Shown here: one piece after another, positions 1 to 13,799 of the stretch
Layout of the letters: the number at the start of each line of letters is the position of its first letter
How positions within the stretch are numbered: position 1 is the first letter of the stretch
Assembly: GCA_964016885.1 (NCBI GenBank)
Contig: OZ024740.1
Span: 271,436,001 to 271,500,000, forward strand
From: Eledone cirrhosa
Taxonomy: Eukaryota
Length of the DNA stretch: 64,000 nt
Reading direction: 5' to 3'
Notes under the pieces: generated by a model
The model's database searches: none
Seen by the model: the letters and a program-made list of their open reading frames with translations, nothing else
What the model was told of the DNA's origin: nothing
Translations under genes and position numbers: made by a program

Positions 1-60
1 GCATTACATTGTTGTTTAAACAACAAAACAACAACAACTGACACAACCTCTAGTGATTTA

Positions 61-192
61 ATTGTTTCTACGTTAGGCACAAGGCCAGCAATTACCCAGT
101 GCATTACTGGTACTTTATTTTATCGACCCCCGTAAGGATGAAAGGCAAAGTCAACCTCGGCGGGATTTGAACTCAGATCGTAAAGGGACGTA
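61..192 (-). mobile_element. tRNA-derived SINE family 1 copy (5'-truncated)
   Basis: Reverse complement of the B-box GAGTTCAAATCC and body CTTTGCCTTTCATCCTTACGGGGTCGATAAAA; >12 copies in the window. Confidence 0.85.
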
Positions 193-307
193 ACTTCTAG
201 TGATTTAATACTACATATTCAGTGACACGTGCGCTGCTGGTGGAATTTGAAAGGTGCGCGTGCCGAATTATATCATCTGGTTGGTGTTTCTTTACTCTTG
301 AAGTTTA

Positions 308-1170
308 CATGTATGTGTGTATATATGTATGTATGATTGTATGTATGTGTGTATGTATGAGTGTATGTATGTGTGTATGTATGTGCGTGAGTATGTGAGT
401 ATGTGTGTATGTATGTATGTATGTACGTATGTATGTATGTATGATTGTAAGCATGTATGTATGTATGATTTATGTATGTGTGCATGTATGTATGTATGTA
501 TGTATGTACGTATATATGTACGTAAGTATGTATGTATGTATGTATGATTGTATGCTTGTATGTATGTATGTACGTATGTATGTACGTATGATTGTATGCA
601 TGTATGTATGTATGATTTATGTATGTGTGCATGTATGTATGTATGTATGATTGTATGTATGTGTGTATGTATGTACGTGTGTATGTATGTATGATTGTAT
701 GCATGTATGTATGTATGTATGTATGTATGTATGTACGTATGTATATACGTATGTATGTATGTGCACAGTCTTTCCCCACTTTAAAAAAATTCTTCATGCA
801 CAGGCATTGCACGATAGAATTAATTAATAATTATTAATAATGTTAAATCGTGCAATGGCCATACTCGATAACGAGGGGGGGGTGGCAGCCATCATGTATC
901 TATATATGTATATATGTATGCATGTATGCATGTATGTATGTGTGTATGTATGCATGTATGTTTATACGTGTGTGTGCGTGTATATGTATGTATGTATGCA
1001 TGCATGTATGTGTGTATGTATGTATGTATGTATGCATATTATTGTTGTTGTCGTTATTATTATTGTTGTTATGATTATTATTATTATTATTATTGTTATT
1101 AATGTATGTGTGTGTGAGTGTGTGTGTATGTGTATGTATATGTATATATATATATTTCTTTTTTTTTTAT
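308..1170. repeat. Compound (TATG)n/(TG)n/(ATT)n microsatellite
   Basis: Directly visible; source of the spurious YV/MC-rich ORFs. Confidence 0.95.
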
Positions 1171-1419
1171 TATTATTATTATTATTTTTTTTTTTTTTAT
1201 TTCTCCTCGTGCAATGGCCATACTCGATAACGAGGGGGCAGCCATCCTCATGTATGCATGTATGTATGTATGTTTATACGTGTGTATGTATGTATGTTTA
1301 TATGTGTGTTTGCGTGTGTTTTTTAATGTTTCTTGTCTCTAGCCTTACCAAAAACAACGAAACTTCATTGTCTTCGATAATTTTTTTGTTTTCCTATACT
1401 TATTTCGTAAAGAATGTTT

Positions 1420-1457
<38 letters not shown>

Positions 1458-1504
1458 TATGTACATGTGCGTGTGTGCTTTGTATCTAAGTAGATGTGTG
1501 TGCG

Positions 1505-1680
1505 TAGTATTTTACTGGTTTCAGTCATTCGGCTGCGGGCATGCTGGGACACGACCTTCAAGGGTGCGTTTAATGGATAATATTGATTCAGAATATTTAT
1601 TTCAATTTAGTATTTATATTATCGATCTCTGTTTGTCGAACTGCATGTTAAGGCAGATAAATAAGAACAACGGTTTTTAT
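1505..1680 (-). mobile_element. Degenerate SINE fragment (second family)
   Basis: GTTTCAGTCATT..GCATGCTGG and ATCGATCTCTGTTTGTCGAAC motifs; related fragment at about 10560-10620. Confidence 0.45.
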
Positions 1681-1806
1681 ATGCTGCAAAACTTAAACTC
1701 AAATACACATACACAGACATAAATACATACAAATATACATATACATGCATGCACATATACATGCATGCACATATGCATGCATGCACATATGCATGCATAT
1801 TCTTAT

Positions 1807-1852
<46 letters not shown>

Positions 1853-1994
1853 ATGGACATCTACACAGTTTCCACCTCAAAATGCCATAAGGCATTGGTC
1901 AGCCTGATGCTATAATAGTAGATATTTGATCAAGATATATATATGTGTATATATGTATATATATATAATATAATGTATTATATATATATATATA

Positions 1995-2160
1995 TATTAA
2001 AATAACAGATTAAAGTTTAAGCAAAGAAATCGCTGCTTTCACCTTCAAGATCCCGTTAAGGGTGAAAGCAGCGATTCTTTGCTTAAACTTTAATCTGTTA
2101 TTTTAATAATCCTTATCGAGCCCTCTTTGGATTTTAGTCTTCACATTTATTATTATTACT
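1995..2160. mobile_element. Fold-back HHR-associated element, family A
   Basis: About 50 bp inverted arms (1995-2044 / 2060-2108) around AAGATCCCGTTAAGGGTGAAA, flanked by (TA)n; homologous to 6580, 7820 and 33250. Confidence 0.7.
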
Positions 2161-2190
2161 ATATATATATATATATATGTGTGTGTTTGT

Positions 2191-2237
<47 letters not shown>

Positions 2238-2238
2238 G

Positions 2239-2299
<61 letters not shown>

Positions 2300-2959
2300 A
2301 AAGTATATATTGAGTTAGAAACTCAAAGTAGTCTCTTACAATTAAATAGCCCAAGAAAAAAAAAAATTTTCCGTATGTGTATATACTTATATACACATAC
2401 ATAAATATACATATCTATCGACTATATATATGTGTGTTTGTATATATATATATATGTGTGTTATGTATATATGTATATTTATATATATATGTGTGTACAA
2501 TTTTTTTACAAAAACATCAAAGATTTTCAATCAGTAAATATTTACAAGTTGAAACGATTATGTTTTTGGGGAATGGGTTCTTTTTTTAGTTTGTTTGTTT
2601 GTTTGTTTGTTTTGTTTTTGTTGTTTGTTTTTTTTCAAATCCCCAAATGTATTATATTTTCTTAGATGTAAACTTTTCTTTTCTTTTTACATTCATTTTC
2701 ATTTTTTTTTTTTTTTTTCTTATAGTTATGTTTTTTGGACTATGTTTTTTGTTTTAGATTTTACTTCTTTTTTTTTTTCGTATATTGAAATATTGTCTGC
2801 ATTTTCATGAATTGAAAAGGTCGTTTGATTGGGGGTGCTGATTGCTCGTTATGTCGATATGAGTTCATACTGGCCTTCAACATCCCAAATGGTATCGGCC
2901 AAATACTACATGTGACACCCTGTTTCTATCTTTAAAATCATCACAGAATGCTTTCACCC

Positions 2960-3592
<633 letters not shown>

Positions 3593-3860
3593 TTATTATC
3601 TTTTCTTGTTTTTAGATAAACATTTCTTCCGTCTGTCAGTGTTTCTTATTTTAGTTAAGATATTTTATAAATGTGGTGTGATTATGTCTCCTTTTCGTTA
3701 AGGAAAAAAAATAAATGGATGTAAAATGGAATGGATGCAAAATGGATGAAAATCTCACTGATTTTCCATTCCGTTCATTCACTTTAAATGTGAGTCAACT
3801 TGTAAAATATAATCAACCCTATACATGAAGCTGACAACCGTTCGTTCGGTTTTATGTTAA

Positions 3861-4066
3861 CCCTTGTAATACCAAACTGCCTGCATCCACTCTTGTTTCC
3901 ACAGCACAAATTTATTTATTTTATATAAGAACCTTTGTTAAGTTATATTCCAAATACCCATTTAACAATGAGAAAATTGGTTATAATATTAAATCCCTCG
4001 AAATTCTTGATTATTTTCAAAATTATCAACATTAATAATACGCCAAATGTGTTTGTATATATATTC

Positions 4067-4098
<32 letters not shown>

Positions 4099-4811
4099 TT
4101 GTAACTCTATAAAATCTACATACACACAATGCATTGTATGTATCTTAGTCATGTTGCTACTACAAGAAGTCGCTTTTTGGTTTCTAACCCTGGATGTAGT
4201 CATTTTTCCAACGTCCTCTATACCACTTGTACAAAAATATAGGATAAAGATCCCTTAACTCCTTGTGGAGTCATAAAGGCACCATTATATGGCGTGTCTA
4301 GGGCACTTTTAAACCTGGCGGAGCCCAACCCTCTCTAGGTCTGAACACAGCCGATTTTTTCCCATAGAGGAAGAATCGACCCCAGTACTGGGCTGGTACT
4401 TTTTTTATCGACCTCGAAAGGATGAAAAGCAAAGTTGACCACGGCGAGATTTGAACTCAGAGCGAGCAATGAGGTGGAACGAATACCGTAAAGCATTCTA
4501 TTTGACGTCTTAACGACTCTGCCTTACTTGTACAGATATGCTAGAAATAAATACCATTCTTATCTTTAATCACTCCACGTGTCGGTAATCAACATAAACT
4601 ATATGGTTTCTCTTATGCTAATCATTAATTTATCAAAATGCAATTTTCCCAGTTCCTATGGCTGTTCAAATATACAGTGATCCTGGTATATATGGTTTAC
4701 CAAAGTTAAACTCCAAAGATTAAATACATTCAACGCTATTACCGTTGTTAGTGACGACATTGGTCCATTAGTTTGAAAATATCTATTATTAGAAATATGG
4801 TCACAAAAGGG
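3861..4811. mobile_element. Possible old piggyBac-like MITE with nested SINE (about 4378-4525)
   Basis: TTAA|CCCTT...AAGGG|TTAA ends with weak TIRs. Confidence 0.35.
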
Positions 4812-4888
4812 TTAATAAGTACGATTTTACTTATAATACGAAGCTAATCAATTTTTTTCGATTAGATTTTGAAGGTCTCCATCATATA

Positions 4889-5198
4889 GTTGTTTCTACT
4901 TTTGGCACAAGACCAGCAATTACCCCCAGTACGTTACTGGTGCTTTATTTTATCGACCCCGTAAGGATAAAGGCAAAGTTAACCTCGACGTGATTTGGAC
5001 TCAGAGCGTAAAGAGCCATAACTCTATGCTGCAAGGCATGGTGTATGACTTTCTACCGATACTGCCAATCCACCGCCCTTATAATTGTTTCTATTTTTGG
5101 CACAAGACAAACAATGTCCCGAGTGCATTACTGGTTCTTTATTTTATCGACTCCGTAAGGATGAAAGGTAAATTTAACCTCGGAGGGATTTGAACTCA
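4889..5198 (-). mobile_element. Two adjacent SINE family 1 copies
   Basis: 4889-5079 near full length and 5083-5198 truncated. Confidence 0.85.
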
Positions 5199-5289
5199 CA
5201 TATAGATAGACAGGCTATGTATACGTGTGTGTGTGTGTATGATTGAATTTGCAAACAGTTAGAAAGGTACTTAATACTGAGGCAGAGTC

Positions 5290-5346
<57 letters not shown>

Positions 5347-5399
5347 AAGAGAAAGAGAGAGAGTGTGTGTGTCTGTGTGTATATATATGTGTGTATATA

Positions 5400-5464
<65 letters not shown>

Positions 5465-5589
5465 CATGATCAAAGCCGAACTGATCGATTTAGAAAGAAT
5501 TGTAATATGAAATAAAGTTTACAAAAAGCTGCAATTCTTGTCACTTTATAGATATATATAGATAGATACATATATATATATATATGTGT

Positions 5590-5621
<32 letters not shown>

Positions 5622-6299
5622 ATCCATCAATGGGAGGTCATCCAGTGAATCCAGTAAAATGCGAAGTATATTTTTTTACAAGCGAAGTATATTTTTTTAC
5701 AAGACGCCATTTTACCGACTAAATACAAAGTTCGATAAAACTGGCTGAGTGTTCCGAACGTAAAGAACGGGAACAAATACCACAAAGTATTTTGTCCAAC
5801 ACTCTGACTAATTCGCAAATCCAACATCCTAGACTGGTATTCTGTGTCGATTTAGGAAGAATTAAAGACAAATTTGATATTGACAGGGTTTAAACCCAGG
5901 ACCTCAACACAGGAATAAATACCACAAACCAGTTTTTGTTTTTTTTTACACTAATCCCTCATTTTCGACAACTACTTTATTTAAAAGATCCGGGAAGGGT
6001 GACAGGCAATTTTGATTTTGGCGGGATTTTAACCAAGAATCGTAAATACTGCAAGGCATTTTGCTCGATGTTCTAACGATTCTGGTAACTGTCCACCTTC
6101 ATAATAACGTTAGCACATGGGTTTTATTAATTCGTAGAATTAGATGATTTCGGAAGCCATTAAGGCATATATATATTTCGAAGTTTCGTACAATGCTCTA
6201 GAGTCTAGACCAGCGTTTCTCAACCATTTTACCCTTGTGGAACAACTTGAAATAGTTTCCATGTCTCAGGAAACCCTGCATAAAAATGATTATATACTA

Positions 6300-6550
6300 T
6301 TATTAATATCTATATCCGCCGAGGTTAACTTTGCCTTTCATCCTTACGGGGTCGATAAAATAAAGTACCAGTAATGCACTGGGTAATTGCTAGCCTTGTG
6401 CCTAAAGTAGAAACAATTATTAATATCTATATCCGCCGAGGTTAACTTTGCCTTTCATCCTTACGGGGTCGATAAAATAAAGTACCAGTAATACACTGGG
6501 TAATTGCTGGCCTTGTGCCTAACGTAGAAACAATTATTAATATCTATATC
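6300..6550 (+). repeat. Tandem duplication (about 118 bp) of a SINE family 1 3' half
   Basis: Two near-identical units TATTAATATCTATATCCGCCGAGG...GTAGAAACAAT. Confidence 0.9.
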
Positions 6551-6579
6551 GTGGTAAACATAACATATATATATATTTA

Positions 6580-6756
6580 TTTATTAAAATACAGATTAAA
6601 GTTTAAGCAAAGAATCGCTACTTTCACCCTTAACGGGATCTTCTGAAGATCCCGTTAAGGGTGAAAGTAGCGATAATAAATATTTGCTCTAGGGTTCTTC
6701 TATATTTGATATATATTTATCCTTATCGAGCCTTCTTTGGAATTTAGTCTTCGCAT

Positions 6757-6770
<14 letters not shown>
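6580..6770. mobile_element. Fold-back HHR-associated element, family A
   Basis: Perfect 30-bp palindrome arms (6614-6643 / 6645-6674) centred on CTGAAGA-TCCC-GTTAA-GGGT-GAAA (6643-6666). Confidence 0.75.
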
Positions 6771-6817
<47 letters not shown>

Positions 6818-7399
6818 ACTGGTTTATTTTTCATCAATGGCTTATTCATCACTGTTTCTCGAGGAAACCCCTAGCAACTTCTTGCGGAACCCTAATGTTC
6901 CGGGGAATGCCGTCTGAGAAACGTTGCTCTAGACACCCAAATATCACCTTTTTTTTCCACGTGTCACAAGTTTATCATATTTTATGAACTACATTAAATT
7001 TTTTGTCGACTAGACAAACAATCACTAGTTTCATATTTGCCGATTCTAATTTGTATTTTGTGTGTGTGTATATGTGTATGTGTGAGTGTGTGTGCGTGTG
7101 TGTTTGTGTGTTTCATTTCAGTTACATATTTTTGTAGTGAGTGAGCCAATGTGCAAAACATAATGGAATTTCAAGGAAGTATTTCTATAATACAAGAAAA
7201 GCTGGACATGCCAGATTCATTTTTGCCTGCAAACACGGAGATGTCTTGCTATAAATTCTAGGGATTTTCTTTTCCTGTAATCTCAAAATTCAACCCGGTG
7301 TGCTCATATATGAAACAAAAAAGAAAAAACGAAACTTACGTAAAAATTCATGAAATATTCTATTGAATTTTATAAAGTACTAGCAGTGGTACTAGCAGT

Positions 7400-7451
<52 letters not shown>

Positions 7452-7549
7452 TTTGATTTCTCCCGAAAGAAACAGTTCTAGTCCTGTAGAAGCCTTTCTA
7501 TATTATATATATATATATATATATACATATAAATATATATACTTATATA

Positions 7550-7679
<130 letters not shown>

Positions 7680-7758
7680 ATAAGTAAGTGAGAAAGAAGT
7701 ATCCATTTAGTATCTCGTATATATTTTATTCGCCTGTGACGCGCATTTCGCCATCGAT

Positions 7759-7812
<54 letters not shown>

Positions 7813-7819
7813 ATAATAA

Positions 7820-7941
7820 TAGTAATAATAATAAATTTGAAGACTAAAATCTAAAGAGGGCTCGATAAGGATAAAGTTTCAGAAGATCCCGTTAAGGGTG
7901 AAAGCAGCGATTCTTTGCTTAAACTTTAATCTGTTATTTTA

Positions 7942-7946
<5 letters not shown>
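7820..7946. mobile_element. Family A element: inverted 3' end joined to the HHR-containing part
   Basis: Both pieces match 2050-2160, in opposite orientations; (TA)n on both sides. Confidence 0.7.
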
Positions 7947-8009
<63 letters not shown>

Positions 8010-8112
8010 TATTAAAATATGAAACAAAACAAAAGACAGAGGAGACAATTGTACACAATCATATTAGGTTCATGCTTGGTAGAAATATTTATATATATCG
8101 GAAATAGTTAGA

Positions 8113-8141
8113 TTTCGATTCTTTACGCTGCATCTCATCAG
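8113..8141 (-). ncRNA. Hammerhead core candidate
   Basis: CTGATGA-GAT..ATC-GAAA on the minus strand; stems I and III are unclear. Confidence 0.35.
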
Positions 8142-9128
8142 GCAGGAAACCAAATATGAAACATTAAATAATATCGTCCATAGACGAAACGGCCGAAACA
8201 CTTGCCTGGTGGAGGGTTTCTTTTCTGAAGTCATTCTGCTTTCTGTGTTCTTATTATCAACTAAAATCCTTGGCTGGAAAGCTGTTGTTAAGTTCCTAAG
8301 CTTTTTTTTTATATCTTCCAATTTTACATTCCATTCTTCTCAATCTAAATTTTCTTTTATTTCTTATTCTATTAAACTGTATTTACATGATATATTCCAA
8401 AAATAAAATTACTATTCCCTCATTTAGAACCATTTTGAAAAAATTGGTACATTGTTTTATACCGCGTAAGATGTAAAATAATTTATTCTTCTTTCCTTTT
8501 CTTTCTCTCCTTTTCATTTTTTTTTTTTCTTTTCGGTTTCCTTTAAAATTTTTTTTTTTTTCTTAGATCTCAATATGTACTTGTATTTAACATTGATTAA
8601 TAAATAAATTTCTTATCATAAAAGAAAAAAATTATTAATAAATGAATAAAATTTATTCTTTATTTCTTTCACGTTTAAATTTGTACATATTGGTTTCTTT
8701 ATTTAATAATAATGGTTTCTTTATTTGAATTTGTACATATTGATAGCAAATCGTCTCCACTTAAATTGCTCAATCAGTTTTTTTGGCAATACTGATACTC
8801 GGATTTAAAAATCAAAATTTAGAAACACAAATCAATAAAAATTAACCACAAGAAAAAAAAAGGGGAGAAAATAATCAGAAGACATGGGCACTACATAGCA
8901 CGCTACAACAGAGAATGCTGATTTTTCCCTCCAAAAATATTTGAGGGTAGCCATGATACTCACGAACTGGAAATTCAAATATGGCGGATATAAAGGATTT
9001 GTTTATATTTGTGACGTATTTAAGTAGTACGCATTATGAATAATTTTTTATGGTGCTTCTTGAATTAAACTTAGCATTCTAATATAATGTATATGTCTAT
9101 ATATTTCGTGTATATATATATATATATA

Positions 9129-9459
9129 AATAATTCTGAAAACCATACAATGTACTAGAAAGAAAATTAAAATTGCTAAGATAACAAATGAAGCTTACCT
9201 TAGCAAATTTAATAATCCTAAATATTTTGGGGTTTAAAATCCCATTATCAAGGGACCATCCCTATGAGCGACTTAAATCAGCTTTCCAAACAAGTCATAT
9301 CCGATCGATCCTTTACGTCTCTTATAAGGATACTCCCTTGATAACGGGTATTTAAACCCGAAAATATTTGGAATTGTTAAATTTTCTAAGGTAAAATCCT
9401 TTTGTTATCTTAGCAATTTTTATTTTCTTTCTAGTGCATTGTATGGTTTTCAAATTATT
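9129..9459. mobile_element. Diverged fold-back element with variant HHR-like core in both arms
   Basis: About 130 bp imperfect inverted arms; TCCC-TTGATAA-C-GGGT-ATTTAA-ACCC-GAAA-ATAT-TT-GGA at 9334-9372. Confidence 0.6.
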
Positions 9460-9517
9460 CAAATTTGTGTTTCCTATTCAACAATGCTTCAAGCAAATTA
9501 CAATTACAACACTCTGT

Positions 9518-9583
<66 letters not shown>

Positions 9584-9613
9584 CTTTTTGCTACAATGTT
9601 TTCTATACCTTTC

Positions 9614-9656
<43 letters not shown>

Positions 9657-9863
9657 ATTCCACTTTTCCTTTAAGGTTAATAAATGCTCGAATTTATTAC
9701 TCGGAATCTTTGAGCTTATTCCACAGGTGATATGGCGCATGCTTCTAATATTCTCAGACATGGCATCGTTAATCTAATTTTGGTAGTATATATGTATATG
9801 TGAGTATGTGTGTGTATGTGTCTGTATGTGTGTGTGCCTGTGTGTGTGTGTATACATATATAT

Positions 9864-10047
9864 AATTGTTTCTACGTTTGGCACAAGGCCAGCAATTATC
9901 CCAGTGCATTACTGGTACTTTATTTTATCGACCCCGTAAGGATGAAAGGCAAAGTTAACCTAGGCGGGATTTGAACTCAGAGTGGCAAGGGCCGTAACTC
10001 TATGCATCAAAGAATGGAGTCCAACCCTCTACCGATACTGCCAATTC
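9864..10047 (-). mobile_element. SINE family 1, full length
   Basis: A box TGGCAGTATCGG and B box GAGTTCAAATCC on the minus strand. Confidence 0.88.
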
Positions 10048-10082
10048 ATTATATATATAATATAATATAATATATATAATAC

Positions 10083-10113
<31 letters not shown>

Positions 10114-10223
10114 CGTGTATAAAGCCGAAAAATCGGGTTTGTACATTATATATATATACACACAGATCTATACATATATATATATATATACACAGACACA
10201 CATACATATATATATATATATTT

Positions 10224-10269
<46 letters not shown>

Positions 10270-10271
<2 letters not shown>

Positions 10272-10360
10272 CGAAGGAAATGTGGTAAGGAACCAGGTGG
10301 ACAATAACAGAATTAGCCGTCGAAACGGCTTGAGCTCAGCCGTCGGGGTCTTACTTGTTC

Positions 10361-10363
<3 letters not shown>
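10270..10363. mobile_element. Family B short element (inverted 3' end plus internal piece)
   Basis: Both parts match 62935-63125; embedded in (TA)n. Confidence 0.7.
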
Positions 10364-10421
<58 letters not shown>

Positions 10422-10426
10422 CGCAC

Positions 10427-10548
<122 letters not shown>

Positions 10549-10842
10549 CCAATATTTTTCCGATCACTTTTCTGTCGAACAGGCTATGTACGAGTCATTA
10601 ACTCAGTCACTAGCACAAATTAAAACACAGAAACACAGTTACACGCACGCACACGCCTATACACATCTACATATATGTATATACGTACGTACATATACGA
10701 CGGACTTCTACAGTTTCCATCTCCCGATCTTTACTCACAATGTTTTGGTCAGCCTGGGGCAGTAATACGAACGAAGGTGTGGAGTGAACCCTAACCCAAC
10801 GTGCTTACAAAGAGAACTCCTTAACCACTGTCATGGCCGCGC

Positions 10843-10948
<106 letters not shown>

Positions 10949-11093
10949 GGTAAACAGAAATAACATAATCGGTACAGTAGATAGAAGGGATATATTAGGT
11001 TAACGTTTGATATAGCAGAAAGAGGGTCCTTTTCCTGCTGAATTCTTGCGGATGAAACAGCTTTAGCCCTGTGGAAGTCATTTCAATTATAAA

Positions 11094-11141
<48 letters not shown>

Positions 11142-11145
<4 letters not shown>

Positions 11146-11270
11146 AGATTCAGGACCCCAACGGCTGAGCTCCGGCCGTTTCGACAGCTAAATCCGAACT
11201 AAACCGCAGTATTCGGATCTAACTGTTGAAACAACCGGAGCTCAGCCGTCAGGGTCCTGAATCTTTTTAT
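11142..11270. mobile_element. Family B-related fold-back element
   Basis: Arms AAAAGATTCAGGACCC..GGCTGAGCTCCGG / CCGGAGCTCAGCC..GGGTCCTGAATCTTTT within (TA)n. Confidence 0.7.
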
Positions 11271-11285
11271 ATATATGTATATATA

Positions 11286-12548
11286 CAGGGTGCGGACGGT
11301 ATTTGAGGGCACATATATTTTTAGTCATTTTATTTGACTAATTTTTATTGAATTTCCATTTGAGAAAATAACAATGAAAATAACTATGATTACTAATGAA
11401 ATGAAAAAGCATGTTGTGGTTGTGGCTTTGAAGGCGAAGCATGGGGATTTAGAAATTTCTCGTTTATGAAAGTTGCAAGATCTTTTGTCTACAAGATTCG
11501 ATGTGAGTTAGAGAAAGAAGATAGAAGCGTATTACCTGTATCAAAACGTAAAAATACATTTCAAACGCTCTGATTCTATCAGGACGCCTGAATTTATTGA
11601 TGACAACCCATCAAAACATTGATGACAATCCAGGAAAATCAATGAGGTCAATTGCAAAAAATGTTGGTGTGTCAGAAAAAACAATCAGAAATGTTGTGCA
11701 TGAAGACATCAGATACAAATCTTACGTGATGGGAAGGGGTCAATTCATGTCAGAAAAAAACAAAAGAAAACCGTTTAATCAGATCCAAAAGACTTTTAAA
11801 CAAACCTAAAAATCCATCAGAAGATGGTGTGATTTGGTTTTTCTCAGATGAGAAAAACTTTGACCAGGACCATAAAACTAACAGAAGAAATGACAGGTGG
11901 CTATGTGCAGACCCTTCCGAGGTTCCAAGAATAATGCACACAAAATTTCCTGCAAGTGTCATGGTTTTGGGTGTTGTTAGCAATGAAGGACATGTGATGC
12001 CTCCTCACTTTTTTCAACAAGACCTTAGGGTGAATGCTGCTGTATATATTGAGGTTCTGGATAAAGTTGTTAAACCTTGGATCAACAGTGTATGCAATGG
12101 AAGGCCTAATGTCTTTCAACAAGATTCTGCACCATCACACAAGGTTCAAATGACACAAGAATGAATGGCCGTAAAATTGCATGATCACATCACCCCCAAG
12201 ATTTGGCCTCCTAATTCTCCAGATCTCAATCCACTGGACTACTATGTATGGAACACTGTTGAGAAAAATGTCAAGAACACCCCCATAGCACCAAAGATTC
12301 TTTGAAAGCCGCCATAATTCGAGTCATGTCCGATATGAGCAATGACCACTTAATACGAGCTTGTAAACGACTTCAACCACACGTAGAGTTAGTTATTGAT
12401 GCTTATGATGGTTTTATTGAATGAAATTATTAAATTGATAATTTAACTTTATGTTTATGTTATTTTTATAAGAATACAGTTTTTTCTGTTATTATATAAG
12501 CGTTTTTTTTAAACCATAAATCTGTCCTCAAATACCGTCCGCACCCTG
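11286..12548 (+). mobile_element. Full-length Tc1/mariner-superfamily transposon, DD37D (maT) type
   Basis: TIR CAGGGTGCGGACGGTATTTGAGG / CCTCAAATACCGTCCGCACCCTG; TA TSD on both sides; 1263 bp. Confidence 0.95.
11374..12424 (+). pseudogene. DD37D transposase, frameshifted with a stop codon
   Basis: HTH (SMRSIAKNVGVSEKTIRNVV), FSDEKNF, FQQDSAPSH, WPPNSPDLNPLDY; 37 positions between the 2nd and 3rd D. Confidence 0.92.
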
Positions 12549-12604
12549 TATCCAGTACTCTGGTGGGTTATTGTCCACCTGGTTTTTTTACCACATCCTA
12601 TCTG

Positions 12605-12644
<40 letters not shown>

Positions 12645-12739
12645 ACACTTTTAAGCAGTCATGGTTGTCTCTGCACTGCATATATACAGATATAGATTTA
12701 TCACACACAGGCACGCACGCACAGACACACACACACACG

Positions 12740-12810
<71 letters not shown>

Positions 12811-12868
12811 CGGCGATGAATTAGTTTTGCGAGGTTTTTTATATGAAATCGAGTGTCGAAACAAATAT

Positions 12869-13376
12869 TGTTATACTTGGGGAGGGTCATATTTGTGTAA
12901 TATTGCCAGAATTAATAACAGAACACACTCACTGTTCGGTTGGTTTTCGCTTCTCGCTTCTGTGTCTTTTATATCGGTAATCTAACTTACTCGGTCCTCA
13001 ATGTTGCCATTGACTGACTGACGGTCAAAAATAATACAGATACAATATATAGCAAATAAATAAATAAATATATAGACAGACTGAATAAAAATGGCGTAGA
13101 CATATAATACAACAGGAGGAAACGATAACACCACTGACGATGTTGCAGATGTGCAACGAAAGATTTATGATAAACTATATATATGTGTTTGTGTCTATAT
13201 TGTATCTGTATTATTTTTGATCGTCGGTCAGTCAATGGCAACATTGAGGACCGAGTAAGTTAGATTACCGATATAAAAGACACAGAAGCGAGAAGCGAAA
13301 ACCAACCAAACAGTGAGCGTGTTCTGTTATTAATTCTGGCAATATTACACAAATATGACCCTCCCCAAGTATAACA
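12869..13376. mobile_element. Fold-back element with about 180 bp inverted arms and an HHR core in the loop
   Basis: Arms 12869-13049 / 13196-13376; CTGACGA-T-GTTGCA-GATG-TGCAAC-GAAA at 13134-13161; terminus shared with the PLE at 52079. Confidence 0.8.
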
Positions 13377-13799
13377 ATATATATATATATATAAATATAT
13401 ATGAGAGTATTGAAGTTTGCTTGAAGCATTGTGGAATAATAAGTGAATATCTTTAAGTCGTTTGGAAACCTCGACAATGCAAATGGGTAAATCTCCGGGT
13501 AACAAGATCCGGTGGTGGAGAGAGAGATGTAAGTGGGTGTACGTTGAGATGCGTGGTGTGTATAAGACGTGTAGAGGAATGAAGGAAAGAGTATAAAGGA
13601 TAAAATAAAAATAACAACACGAGAGAGAGTTACCTTGGGAGAGATTTAATTGTCCCTATATATTTCGGATTCACATCCATCAACTGGGGGGTTTTTCCGG
13701 GGTGGGGGAAAGGTTGTCTGTCGGAAAGGTGCGAAACGCGTCCTCCGCTGTTTGTTGTTTTGAATATCTTGAATATTTTAATATTCAAAACAACAAACA

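Larger units (their letters stand above)
6211..6926. mobile_element. hAT (Charlie-like) MITE with nested insertions
   Basis: TIR CAGCGTTTCTCA...TGAGAAACGTTG; 8-bp TSD GTCTAGAC/CTCTAGAC (NTCTAGAN target typical of Charlie hATs). Confidence 0.75.

Noticed and set aside
12869-13376. Ginger-type DNA MITE (TGT..ACA, ATAT TSD)
   Set aside because: The internal HHR and the terminus shared with a GIY-YIG PLE favour an inverted pLTR, though a MITE is not fully excluded
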